A stretch of DNA of 54,545 nucleotides from Eubacteriales bacterium (GTDB taxonomy: Bacteria; Bacillota; Clostridia; Oscillospirales; CAG-272): positions 1 through 54,545 of the forward strand of contig JAZQTA010000088.1 in the NCBI GenBank assembly GCA_045630385.1, read 5' to 3'. A program made the translations under genes and the position numbers. Shown in pieces: positions 1 through 8,871 of this stretch (positions within the stretch are counted from its first letter, which is position 1; the number at the start of each line of letters is the position of its first letter). Under the pieces are notes generated by a model that was given only the letters and a program-made list of their open reading frames with translations, searched no databases and was not told the origin of the DNA.

Positions 1-417
1 AAGATTGATATCACGAAGGCGCGCAAGGTTCCCTGCGGCAGCCTCGAGGATTGCAACAAGAGAGTGATCAACCAGTACATCCATCCCGAAGTAATCAAGT
101 CCTGCCAGCTCGCTATGGGTCTGACCGAGCTTGAGGTTGGCTCGAACTGGAACACCATGCCCTGCCACACCCATGACAGACGTATGGAGGTTTATATGTA
201 CCTCGATATGGGTCCCGATGATGCGGTATTCCACATGATGGGCGAGCCCAGGGAAACCCGCCATATCATCATGCACAACGAGGAAGCCGTGATCTCTCCC
301 TCCTGGTCTATCCACAGCGGCGTAGGCACGAAGAACTATTCGTTCATCTGGGCTATGTGCGGCGAGAACCAGGAATTTACGGATATGGATCATATTGAAA
401 CGAAAGAACTTCGTTAA
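1..417 (+). CDS. kduI: 5-dehydro-4-deoxy-D-glucuronate isomerase (5' end outside the window)
   Basis: Frame is open from base 1. Typical KduI C-terminus [18 protein letters not shown] and [23 protein letters not shown]. Directly upstream of an SDR reductase. Confidence 0.93.
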   Translation, partial: KIDITKARKVPCGSLEDCNKRVINQYIHPEVIKSCQLAMGLTELEVGSNWNTMPCHTHDRRMEVYMYLDMGPDDAVFHMMGEPRETRHIIMHNEEAVISPSWSIHSGVGTKNYSFIWAMCGENQEFTDMDHIETKELR

Positions 418-420
418 AAA

Positions 421-526
421 CAAAAATTCCGAAATACTGCGTTGTCGGTCGAGTCGCTCGGATCGCCGTAGGCAACTACGGCTTCGCGTCGCTCCCGACC
501 TTACGCCTTGTCTTTCAAAATTTTTG
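421..526. repeat. Palindromic intergenic element, copy 1
   Basis: Long imperfect inverted repeat CAAAAATTCCGAAATAC...GTCTTTCAAAATTTTTG. Core hairpin GCCGTAG-GCAA-CTACGGC at 465-482. Confidence 0.75.
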
Positions 527-540
527 AGTTTTAACGCTGT

Positions 541-622
541 GCACAGACGGAGCAAAGCGCGAGCGACGCTCGACATAGGTAACTATGCCGTCGCGTGGCT
601 CGCTCGGTTTGCCTCGTCTTGC
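541..622. repeat. Palindromic intergenic element, copy 2
   Basis: Imperfect inverted repeat GCACAGACG...CGTCTTGC. Core GACATAG-GTAA-CTATGCC at 572-589. Confidence 0.7.
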
Positions 623-692
623 GAAATTTCTCCTCGCCGAAAAAGGCGAGAGAATAACACAATTTAAAAAACTAAATTAAGGAGTATATAAA

Positions 693-1496
693 ATGAGCAA
701 GATCAGTTTTTGCCTTGAGGGCAAGGTTGCCCTTGTAACCGGCGCATCCTACGGTATCGGCTTTGCAATCGCAAAGGGCCTTGCAGGCGCAGGCGCAAAG
801 ATCGTATTCAACGATCTGAAGCAGGAGTTCGTTGATAGAGGCCTCGCGGCATACGCTGCAGAAGGCATCGACGCGAAGGGCTACGTTTGCGACGTTACCG
901 ATGAGGACGCTGTAAACGAAATGGTAGCAAAGATCGAGAAGGAAGTCGGCGTGATCGACATTCTCGTGAACAACGCAGGTATCATCAAGAGAATTCCTAT
1001 GATCGAAATGAAGGCTGAGGAGTTCCGTCAGGTAATCGACGTTGACCTGAACGCTCCCTTCATCGTTTCCAAGGCAGTTCTCCCCTCTATGATCAAGCAG
1101 AAGTCCGGTAAGATCATTAACATCTGCTCGATGATGAGTGAATTCGGCCGCGAGACCGTATCTGCTTACGCTTCCGCAAAGGGCGGTCTTAAGATGCTGA
1201 CCAGAAACATTGCATCCGAGTACGGACAGTACAACATTCAGTGCAACGGTATCGGCCCCGGCTATATCGCAACGCCTCAGACCGCGCCCCTTCGTGAGAA
1301 GCAGGCAGACGGCTCCAAGCACCCCTTCGATAGCTTTATCACCGACACCAAGACGCCCGCAGGCCGTTGGGGCGATCCCGAGGATCTCGCGGGTCCCGCC
1401 GTGTTCCTTGCATCCGAGGCCTCCAATTTCGTAAACGGACAGATTCTGTACGTTGACGGCGGTATTCAGGCTTATTTCGGTAAGCAGCCTTCGTAA
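693..1496 (+). CDS. kduD: 2-dehydro-3-deoxy-D-gluconate 5-dehydrogenase / gluconate 5-dehydrogenase-like SDR
   Basis: TGASYGIG, NNAG and YASAK SDR motifs; AAGGAG RBS; follows kduI. Confidence 0.82.
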   Translation: MSKISFCLEGKVALVTGASYGIGFAIAKGLAGAGAKIVFNDLKQEFVDRGLAAYAAEGIDAKGYVCDVTDEDAVNEMVAKIEKEVGVIDILVNNAGIIKRIPMIEMKAEEFRQVIDVDLNAPFIVSKAVLPSMIKQKSGKIINICSMMSEFGRETVSAYASAKGGLKMLTRNIASEYGQYNIQCNGIGPGYIATPQTAPLREKQADGSKHPFDSFITDTKTPAGRWGDPEDLAGPAVFLASEASNFVNGQILYVDGGIQAYFGKQPS

Positions 1497-1499
1497 TTG

Positions 1500-1603
1500 G
1501 AGCTTCCGCTTTTTGTCAGTTTTTCCCGTTTTCCTCCTCTCGCGGTAGTTTTCTACCGCTTCGGGATGAAGAACGAAAAAATCTGCTCAAAAATCGTTTG
1601 CTC
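1500..1603. repeat. Palindromic intergenic element, copy 3
   Basis: Imperfect inverted repeat GAGC...TTTTTGTCAG...CTGCTCAAAAA...GCTC. Core GCGGTAG-TTTT-CTACCGC at 1542-1559, flanked by TC and TTCG as in copy 1. Confidence 0.72.
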
Positions 1604-1618
1604 TACGAGCTTCCGCTT

Positions 1619-1655
1619 TTTTCCGCTCGGCATAAAACCTATGCCGAGCGGAAAA
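1619..1655. terminator. Perfect 16-bp hairpin, probable terminator of kduID
   Basis: TTTTCCGCTCGGCATA-AAACC-TATGCCGAGCGGAAAA. The U-tract is weak. Confidence 0.55.
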
Positions 1656-1761
1656 TACTTTCATCTTGATTTTTTCTTCCTCTTATGCTAAAATAGTAAG
1701 GGGAAGATTTTTTTGTCCCCATCGGCCGATCGAAAACGAATTTCAAAGAAGGGAGAATGCT

Positions 1762-3348
1762 ATGATCCAGACCGAGATCCGATTGCCGCTTACCTACGAA
1801 GAAGCGGATATAGAATGCGCCTTGCGCGAAAGCCTCCCTCTTTTTGACGAGCCGATTTTTGAGATCAAAAAACTGCGCCGCGCCTTGAAGGGGGGCGGGG
1901 CAGAGGGGCGATATTTTATGCTTCGCGTGGCGTTTTCGGTTTCCGCAGAGAAGGAAGCAGGGCTTCTTAAAATGAAAAAACGGGTATCTCCCTACGAAAA
2001 GCCGCAGATATCCGTTCCTAAAATAAAAAGCGAAAAATCCCCCGTTGTAGTCGGCATGGGGCCGGCGGGGCTTTTTGCCGCCTTGATCCTTGCCGAAGCG
2101 GGGGCGAAGCCCATTCTGCTGGAGCGCGGACGCCCCGTGGAGCAAAGGCGGAAGGACGTTGCCGCATTTTTTGCGGGCGGCGCGCTTTCCGAAATTTCCA
2201 ATATTCAATTCGGAGAGGGCGGCGCAGGCGCGTTTTCGGACGGAAAGCTGAAGTTTGGCGCGAGAGACGGTGCCATTGAAAGGGTTCTTGAAACGCTGGT
2301 TGCGTGCGGTGCGCCCGAGGACATTCTTTATAAGGAAGGGCCTCACGTGGGCACGGATCTGCTTTGCGATGCGGTGCGCCGCATTCGCGAGAGGCTCTTA
2401 TCCCTCGGCGCGACGGTGCATTACGAGGCGCGGATGTGCGATTTCTCTTTATCGTCGGGGCGGGTTTCCTCCGTTTCATACGAGCAAAACGGAAAGATGC
2501 ACCGCATAGAAACGGATGCCTTGTTTTTGGCGACGGGGCATAGCGCAAGGGACGTATTTCATCTTTTGCACGGGAAGGGCGTGCGCCTTGAACCAAAGGG
2601 CTTTGGTATTGGCGTGCGCGTGGAGCATCCGAGAGAATATATGGATGCTCTCGTTTATCCCAATGCCGCGGAGCGGGAAGCGCTCGGCGCGGCATCCTAT
2701 CATCTCGTTACGCATCTTGAAAGCGGAAGAAGCGTGTATAGCTTCTGTATGTGCCCGGGCGGCACGGTGGTCGCCGCCGCATCCGAGGCGGAGGGCGTTT
2801 GCACCAATGGCATGAGCGAGCACGCGAGAGATGCAGAAAATTCCAACAGCGCGCTTTTGGTTTCGGTAACGCCCGAGGATTTTCCCTCCGACCACCCCTT
2901 GGCAGGGCTTGAGCTTCAGCACAGGCTGGAAAACGCCGCATTTTTGGCGGGTGGCGGTGATTATTCCGCTCCGGCGATACGGATGCAGGATTTTATGGAA
3001 AGAAGCGAGGCGCTTTCGCTTGGCTCTGTGCGCCCCTCATATCCGCGCGGTGTGCGCCTTGTATCGCCCGATGCCTATCTGCCCGCTTATATCACCGAGA
3101 GTCTGCGGTCTGGAATTGCGGATTTTGAAAAATGGATGCCGGGCTTTTATTATTCGGACGCGGTGCTGACGGGGGTGGAGGCAAGAAGCACCTCACCCGT
3201 GCGCGTGCTGCGCGAGGGGAGCGGAGAAGCGCCCGAAATACAAGGTCTGTATCCGTGCGGTGAAGGCGCGGGCTATGCCGGCGGCATCGTTTCCTCCGCG
3301 GCGGACGGCGTACGTATGGCTATGAAATTTCTCGAAAAATGTAAATAA
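1762..3348 (+). CDS. NAD(P)/FAD-dependent dehydrogenase (uncharacterised, COG2509-like)
   Basis: VVGMGPAGLFAA Rossmann motif, FGEGGAGAFSDGKL, FCMCPGG, YPCGEGAGYAGGI. Start moved to ATG 1762 after AAGGGAG. Confidence 0.85.
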   Translation: MIQTEIRLPLTYEEADIECALRESLPLFDEPIFEIKKLRRALKGGGAEGRYFMLRVAFSVSAEKEAGLLKMKKRVSPYEKPQISVPKIKSEKSPVVVGMGPAGLFAALILAEAGAKPILLERGRPVEQRRKDVAAFFAGGALSEISNIQFGEGGAGAFSDGKLKFGARDGAIERVLETLVACGAPEDILYKEGPHVGTDLLCDAVRRIRERLLSLGATVHYEARMCDFSLSSGRVSSVSYEQNGKMHRIETDALFLATGHSARDVFHLLHGKGVRLEPKGFGIGVRVEHPREYMDALVYPNAAEREALGAASYHLVTHLESGRSVYSFCMCPGGTVVAAASEAEGVCTNGMSEHARDAENSNSALLVSVTPEDFPSDHPLAGLELQHRLENAAFLAGGGDYSAPAIRMQDFMERSEALSLGSVRPSYPRGVRLVSPDAYLPAYITESLRSGIADFEKWMPGFYYSDAVLTGVEARSTSPVRVLREGSGEAPEIQGLYPCGEGAGYAGGIVSSAADGVRMAMKFLEKCK

Positions 3349-3389
3349 TTGTAGGGAATAATCTTCATTTTCCTTTGGAACGGAATGAG

Positions 3390-3430
3390 AAAAAAGAGAT
3401 AAACACGGTTTTTGTGTCTATCTCTTTTTT
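3390..3430. terminator. Bidirectional intrinsic terminator
   Basis: AAAAAAGAGATAAACAC...GTGTCTATCTCTTTTTT between convergent genes. Confidence 0.75.
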
Positions 3431-3439
3431 ATTTGGATT

Positions 3440-4708
3440 TTAAAGCTGCATCATGCGCAACAGATAATCCGCCGCTTCGGCGCGCGTCACCTCTGCGGTG
3501 TGCTCGTAAGCGCCGTCGCTTTCAAGAAAGATGCCGCATTGATACATGCCCTGCACAGAGGCTCTCGCCCAAAGGGGAAGTGCCTCTCCGTCTGCCACGG
3601 TGGGGATCTCTGTGCCGCCGCTCTTGCCCGTGATCTTACTCATGATGAGCGCCGCCTCGGAGCGCGTCACGGTATCGTTCGGCCTGAAGCATAAGCCCGT
3701 GCCGTCAAAGCTTCCGCGCACGATGCTGAGCCGCGTGGCCGTTGCCACGTAGCCGCGAAGGGAAAGCGGGATCTCTTCGTTATCGTCAAAATAAGTGGAG
3801 GTCAGCGTGCTGTCGGCGCGCAGGCCGTGTGCCTTCATTGCCATTGCCACAAATTCGGCGCGCGTGACTGCCGTGCCGGGCGAAAAATACATATCATCGC
3901 CCACGCGCGTACCGCTCATGATCCCCTTTGCCTCCATAACGAGAGCCGCATTGGCAGAGGGGTGCGCGTCCATGTCCTTATAGGTGACGGCGGAAAGCCG
4001 CTTTTCCACCTCGATCTCAACGGAGGCGGGGGCGGTGAAATTGCCGTAGCAGTCGCGCACGACGTAAACGAACCGATCCTTTCCGGTAAAGCCGTCCGTC
4101 GGAGTGTAGCAGTAAGCACCGCCTTCCTTATCCGTCAGCAGGAGTGTGCCGTTTTCGGGATAGGCGACCACCATAAATTCCAAGGCATCCCCCTCGGGAT
4201 CGCTCGCCGCAAGGTGGCCGAAAACCGAAACGGATTCCTGCGACCAAAGGGAAACGCTTTCGTCCTCATCGAAATCATGCTCCGGCGCATAGTTCACCTT
4301 TTCGATGAATTTCAAAACGAAATCCATCTCCGCACCGCCCATAAGACCTTCGGAGGTAAATGAAAATTTACATTCCGACACGCTTTTGTCGGCAGGCATG
4401 AAGGAGAGCGCGGAAATATTCTTGCGCTTGACGGTTTGCCCCTCGCTGACGCGTCGGCCTCCGTACATCAGCGCACCGGCAGAGGTGGGCGGTAGAGAGG
4501 TGATCGTGACGGACTTGAAATCCGAGACGTTCATGGCGGTTTTGAAGTCGATGTCCGAGAAGCTCATCTTTTGTCCGCAAAGCCCGGTCTTGATCATTTT
4601 CGTTTCCTTGCTGAGAAGGCTGATGCCCGTGCCGAGCGTAGCCGAGGCGACCACAGGCGGAAGCACGGCGAGCATACAGGCGAGAAGTAGAATTAGGGTT
4701 TTCTTCAT
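3440..4708 (-). CDS. Secreted protein with an Ig/cadherin-like domain and C-terminal S-layer homology repeats
   Basis: Signal peptide MKKTLILLLACMLAV. ASDPEGDALEF...YTPTDGFTGKDRFVYVVRD (Big_9-like). Three SLH motifs: VTRAEF, VTRSEA, VTRAEA. Confidence 0.85.
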   Translation of the reverse strand: MKKTLILLLACMLAVLPPVVASATLGTGISLLSKETKMIKTGLCGQKMSFSDIDFKTAMNVSDFKSVTITSLPPTSAGALMYGGRRVSEGQTVKRKNISALSFMPADKSVSECKFSFTSEGLMGGAEMDFVLKFIEKVNYAPEHDFDEDESVSLWSQESVSVFGHLAASDPEGDALEFMVVAYPENGTLLLTDKEGGAYCYTPTDGFTGKDRFVYVVRDCYGNFTAPASVEIEVEKRLSAVTYKDMDAHPSANAALVMEAKGIMSGTRVGDDMYFSPGTAVTRAEFVAMAMKAHGLRADSTLTSTYFDDNEEIPLSLRGYVATATRLSIVRGSFDGTGLCFRPNDTVTRSEAALIMSKITGKSGGTEIPTVADGEALPLWARASVQGMYQCGIFLESDGAYEHTAEVTRAEAADYLLRMMQL

Positions 4709-4742
4709 TGTTCTTTTCCTTTCACAAAGCGTTTGTATGACC

Positions 4743-4773
4743 TATTTTTCCCCAAAACCGCAGGAAGGTATAC
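4743..4773 (-). promoter_or_regulatory. Possible sigma-F/G-type promoter of the SLH gene
   Basis: Minus strand GTATA-N16-GGGAAAAATA resembles the Bacillus sigma-F consensus GYWTA...GGnrAnAnTw. Confidence 0.35.
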
Positions 4774-4817
4774 ATCAAAAAAGGAAAATCGTACATTTTC
4801 TGTGCGGCATAAAGGGG

Positions 4818-4847
4818 TTGACAAATTTAAGTACTCTATGCTATAAT
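4818..4847 (+). promoter_or_regulatory. Sigma-A promoter of the LRR operon
   Basis: TTGACA-N18-TATAAT with extended TG. Confidence 0.8.
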
Positions 4848-4901
4848 TTAAAATGACCTTTATTTTTTATATTAGATATTTATAGCTAAAGTTAGGAGTA
4901 G

Positions 4902-7874
4902 ATGCTGTTAATGGATAGTAAATCCGTAAACGCGGTGGCTTTCGCAGAGCGCCACCCCCCTTTTTATAAACGAAAATGGTTTTTCATTATGCTGGCCGTC
5001 GTGGCGTTTCTTGCTATGGTGGGCTTCGGTGTGTATATCGGCCTGCGCCCCGAGCCGCCCGCGCCGATTCGCGGAATTTGCGTGTACGGTGATTACGAAT
5101 ATGAAATTTTAGAGGATGACACCATTTCCATTCTCACCTATACGGGTGATGAGGAGGACGTGTTCGTTCCCATCGCCTTGGAGGGAAGGCTCGTTACCCG
5201 CATCGGTGATTTTGCATTTTCGCAAAACGATTCGATCGTGACGGTAACGCTTCATCCCATGATAAAGGAGCTCGGTGAATATGCCTTTTATAAATGCATC
5301 GCTTTGACGAAGGTGGAATTTGCGGATGGGCTTGAGGTTCTCGGCACGGCCGCCTTCCATCAATGCACGCTTCTTGAGGAGGCGATCTTGCCCGATAGCA
5401 TCCGAGAAATGGGAGATATGGTCTTTTCCCAATGCCTTGCGCTGAAAAAGGTAAAGCTTCCCGCCACGCTTGGCTCTCTCGGCATCGCAAGCTTTGCGGT
5501 CTGCCAAAATCTCAAGGAGATCGAGCTTCCCGAGACCTGCGCGTCGATCGGAGAGAAGGCCTTTATGGGATGCGAGTCGCTTGAGGTGCTTGCGCTTCCC
5601 GAGGCGATCCGAGAGATCGGCCCGCATGCATTTCAGGCATGCACCGCATTGAAGACTCTGGATCTTCACATGGTGGAAAGCATCGGTGAGGCCCCGATCT
5701 CGGGCGCTTCCGCAATGGAGAGCATCACCGTGGATGCGCAGAATACCGCCTACCACGTGACGGACGGCGCACTCTATGAAACGAAAACGAAAACGCTGAT
5801 CGCGTTTCCCATGTCCGCTTCGATCACGGAGCTTTCCGTAGAAAGCGGCACGGTTGCCATCGGTGCTTATGCCTTCGCGGAAAATTTGAAGCTTGGAAAG
5901 CTTGTCCTTCCCGAGGGGCTCGTGCGCGTGGGAGATTACGCGTTGCACCAAACGAAAAACCTTTTGGAGCTTTCGCTTCCGTCCTCGCTTTCCGAGGTTG
6001 GCGTGATGTCCTTCGTGGATTGCGGATTCATCAGAGAATATAAGGACGAGTTCCTTATTATCGGAGACGGAATATTGATCCATTATACGCCGCAGATGGA
6101 TGCGCTCGGCGCAAAGCTGAAGCAAACGGAGTATGCCACCCCGGTCGAAACGACCGTGCAGGGAAACAACGGCGCCTCTATCCGTCAAGCGGGCGTGAAG
6201 CTGACGCTTCCTGCCGAGGTGAAAAAGATATCCTGCGCCTTTTACAGAAATACGCAGCTGATCGAGGTGACCGTGCACGGAGGCGTTCGTGAGATCGATC
6301 CCTATTCCTTCAGCCTTTGCAATTTCCTTGAAAAGGTAACGCTTGAAAACGGCGTTTCGAAAATCGGCGCGTACGCCTTCTTTACCTGCGATCTTCTATC
6401 CGCGCTTTCGCTTCCGACCGAGGGACTTTCCTACGTTGGCGAATATGCGTTTTCGGGCTGTGACGGACTCGTCGAGGTGACCGTTCCTTCCTATCTCAAA
6501 ACGATTCCCGAGGCCATGTTCTTTGATTGCGTGCGCCTTGAATCCGTTATTCTCGAGGAGGGCATCACCGAGATCCAAAGCTATGCCTTTTCAGGAACGG
6601 CGCTGAAAAGCGTGAGCATTCCCTCCAGCGTGACCACCATGGGCGATAACGTATTCCAGGCAACCAAGCTGAAAAGCTTCACCCTGCCCGATACCGTCAC
6701 GAGCGTTGGCGAAGGCCTTTTGCTTGACTGTAAGGATCTGACCTCGGTGACCTTCGGTAAGGGAATGACCGAGGTTCCGATCGCCTTTTTGGCAGGATGC
6801 ACGGCGCTTACCGAGGTTTCCGTGCCCGAGGGCTATATAGCTCTCGGAGAGGAGGCGTTTTACGCCTGCAGTGCCTTGAAGGAGATTCGCTTGCCGGATA
6901 GTTTGACTGAGATCGGAAACGTGGCATTCGGCAAGTGCGATTCTCTTGAAAAGGTGGTTGCAAGAAAAATTGTTTCTATTGGAGATAATGCATTCTTTCT
7001 TTGCAAAAAACTGAAGAATTTCAATTTCCCGGCAACGCTTTCTTCTATTGGCAACCAAGCATTCTATTCTTGTTCCGCTTTAAAGGATATTGATCTGACT
7101 TATGTAAATGACCTCGGCGTGGAGGTGTTTGCTTCTTGTACTTCGTTGACCTCGGTGCGTATTCCGAGCACCTTCTATTATCTGCCTGCGGGCACGTTCT
7201 CCGGGTGTGAGAGACTTCGAAGCGTGCGCATTGAAGCGCCACTGGAGCGTATCGGAATGCAAGCGTTTAATAACTGTATCTCGCTTACGAGTGTGACGCT
7301 GCCCGAAACGCTGACGCATATCGACGCGTATGCCTTCGGCGGATGCACCTCGCTGAAGTCGCTTCCCGATATGCCGAGTGTAACTACCTTGGGAGACGGC
7401 GCGTTCTCCTATTGCTCCGCGATTGAGGAAATTATACTGCCCTCGAATATAACCGTGCTTGGCGATCGCGTATTTGCCGAGTGCCTCGGCCTTCGTTCCA
7501 TTGTGCTTGGAGATACGGTAGAAACGATCGGAGAGGCGCTCTTCGATAGCTGTGAGTCGCTTATGTACGTTACGCTTCCGCAGAATCTTGATACGCTTCC
7601 CGCAAGAACCTTCCAGAACTGCGCGTTGCTTGCGATCATCACTCTGCCGGACAGCATTCGGGTGATCGAGGAAAACGTGTTTTACAGCTGCGCAAGGCTC
7701 GGCCGCGTGGATCTCCCGAAATCCCTGATCAAAATCGGCAAGGCGTCGTTTTTCGATTGCCCCTCGCTTTCCAAGGTCGTATATCCGTATAGCGCGGTGC
7801 GCTTTATGGGTGTCACCGTAGAGGAAGGCAACGACGAGCTTTTTGCGGCGCTTCAGTGCGCGGAGGTAGAGTGA
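4902..7874 (+). CDS. Membrane-anchored BspA-like (TpLRR / LRR_5) leucine-rich repeat surface protein
   Basis: N-terminal TM helix WFFIMLAVVAFLAMVGFGVYIGL, then many LxxIxLPxxLxxIgxxAFxxCxx repeats. AGGAG RBS. Confidence 0.92.
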   Translation: MLLMDSKSVNAVAFAERHPPFYKRKWFFIMLAVVAFLAMVGFGVYIGLRPEPPAPIRGICVYGDYEYEILEDDTISILTYTGDEEDVFVPIALEGRLVTRIGDFAFSQNDSIVTVTLHPMIKELGEYAFYKCIALTKVEFADGLEVLGTAAFHQCTLLEEAILPDSIREMGDMVFSQCLALKKVKLPATLGSLGIASFAVCQNLKEIELPETCASIGEKAFMGCESLEVLALPEAIREIGPHAFQACTALKTLDLHMVESIGEAPISGASAMESITVDAQNTAYHVTDGALYETKTKTLIAFPMSASITELSVESGTVAIGAYAFAENLKLGKLVLPEGLVRVGDYALHQTKNLLELSLPSSLSEVGVMSFVDCGFIREYKDEFLIIGDGILIHYTPQMDALGAKLKQTEYATPVETTVQGNNGASIRQAGVKLTLPAEVKKISCAFYRNTQLIEVTVHGGVREIDPYSFSLCNFLEKVTLENGVSKIGAYAFFTCDLLSALSLPTEGLSYVGEYAFSGCDGLVEVTVPSYLKTIPEAMFFDCVRLESVILEEGITEIQSYAFSGTALKSVSIPSSVTTMGDNVFQATKLKSFTLPDTVTSVGEGLLLDCKDLTSVTFGKGMTEVPIAFLAGCTALTEVSVPEGYIALGEEAFYACSALKEIRLPDSLTEIGNVAFGKCDSLEKVVARKIVSIGDNAFFLCKKLKNFNFPATLSSIGNQAFYSCSALKDIDLTYVNDLGVEVFASCTSLTSVRIPSTFYYLPAGTFSGCERLRSVRIEAPLERIGMQAFNNCISLTSVTLPETLTHIDAYAFGGCTSLKSLPDMPSVTTLGDGAFSYCSAIEEIILPSNITVLGDRVFAECLGLRSIVLGDTVETIGEALFDSCESLMYVTLPQNLDTLPARTFQNCALLAIITLPDSIRVIEENVFYSCARLGRVDLPKSLIKIGKASFFDCPSLSKVVYPYSAVRFMGVTVEEGNDELFAALQCAEVE

Positions 7875-8602
7875 TGCTTTGTATCAGTATTGCAGATCTC
7901 ACGGTCGGAATTGCGCATCGGTACGGATATATTCAAAAATTGTGCAAGGATTATCTTGCGCCGCAAGGGGCAGAGCCGATTTTCACGGTTTGTCCCACGC
8001 AAGCGGAGCTGGATGCCGAGGGGGCGCTTTCCGAGCCGCGCCTTCCGGATGCGTATCTTGAAAGCGTGGTCGCCTACCGTCAGATCGCCGAGCGGCTTCC
8101 GATGTATGGCGCTATGGTTTTTCACGGTGCCGTCGTCGTGCTGGACGGTCGCGCTTACGCCTTCACCGCGCGTAGCGGCGTCGGTAAAACCACGCACCTC
8201 TTGCTTTGGCTCAAGGCCTTTTGCGAGCGCGCCTACGTGCTGAACGGAGATAAACCCGTTCTTCTTTGGAAGGATGGCAAGGCGTATATTTGCGCAACCC
8301 CCTGGAAGGGAAAGGAAAATCTCGGAGAGGGCGGTATGCTTCCGCTTTCCGGTATTGGATTTTTAAACCGAAGCGAGCAGAATTTTGCGCATCCGATCGC
8401 GCCCTCCGATGCACTTGCGGCGTTTCTTTTGCAGGTGTATATGCCGAAAAACGGCGAGGCTCTGCTTGAAACGATGTCACTTTGCGATAAGGTGCTTTCG
8501 TCCGTTCCGCTACTTTCCATGCATTGTAATATGGAGCTCTCTGCCGCCACCACCGTGGAGCAGGGATTTCGAGATCTGATAGAAAAGGAGAAAACTTTAT
8601 GA
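7874..8602 (+). CDS. HPr-kinase-related P-loop protein
   Basis: FHGAVVVLDGRAYAFTARSGVGKTTH (Walker A), LNGDKP, TPWKGKE. ATG overlaps the LRR stop (TGATG). Confidence 0.75.
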   Translation: MLCISIADLTVGIAHRYGYIQKLCKDYLAPQGAEPIFTVCPTQAELDAEGALSEPRLPDAYLESVVAYRQIAERLPMYGAMVFHGAVVVLDGRAYAFTARSGVGKTTHLLLWLKAFCERAYVLNGDKPVLLWKDGKAYICATPWKGKENLGEGGMLPLSGIGFLNRSEQNFAHPIAPSDALAAFLLQVYMPKNGEALLETMSLCDKVLSSVPLLSMHCNMELSAATTVEQGFRDLIEKEKTL

Positions 8603-8865
8603 AAATCGTAGACGGATTCGCTGTCAGAGAGGTGGCGGGCAAAAGCGTTGCCATCGCGGTAGGCGGTAAGGCGGCCTCGCTCGGCGGCATGATCGCCTTG
8701 AATGAAACGGGGAAGCTTTTGTTCTCTCTTCTGCAGGAGGGAACGACCGAGGAAAAAATGGCGAATGCGCTTTGTGAGGCGTATGAGATCGACCGTGCGA
8801 CCGCCGAGGCGGACGTTTCTGCCTTTCTTTCGCCCCTTTTCGGCGCAAAGCTGATCGAGGAATAA
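8599..8865 (+). CDS. PqqD family protein (RiPP recognition element-like)
   Basis: 88 aa. FAVREVAG...GMIALNETGKLLFSLL...LCEAYEIDRATAEADVSAFL. AAGGAG RBS. Confidence 0.85.
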   Translation: MKIVDGFAVREVAGKSVAIAVGGKAASLGGMIALNETGKLLFSLLQEGTTEEKMANALCEAYEIDRATAEADVSAFLSPLFGAKLIEE

Positions 8866-8871
8866 AAGAGG

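Noticed and set aside
421-650. CRISPR array or IS element
   Set aside because: The units are divergent long palindromes rather than identical repeats with spacers. No cas or transposase gene is present.
395-667. 90-aa ORF in the kduI-kduD spacer (also 1497-1691 and 23804-24148)
   Set aside because: They run through palindromic repeats or AT-rich spacers, lack an RBS and have no protein-like features.
7874-8865. Complete lasso peptide or PQQ biosynthetic cluster
   Set aside because: No precursor, asparagine-synthetase-like cyclase, B2 peptidase or pqqBCE is visible in the window.
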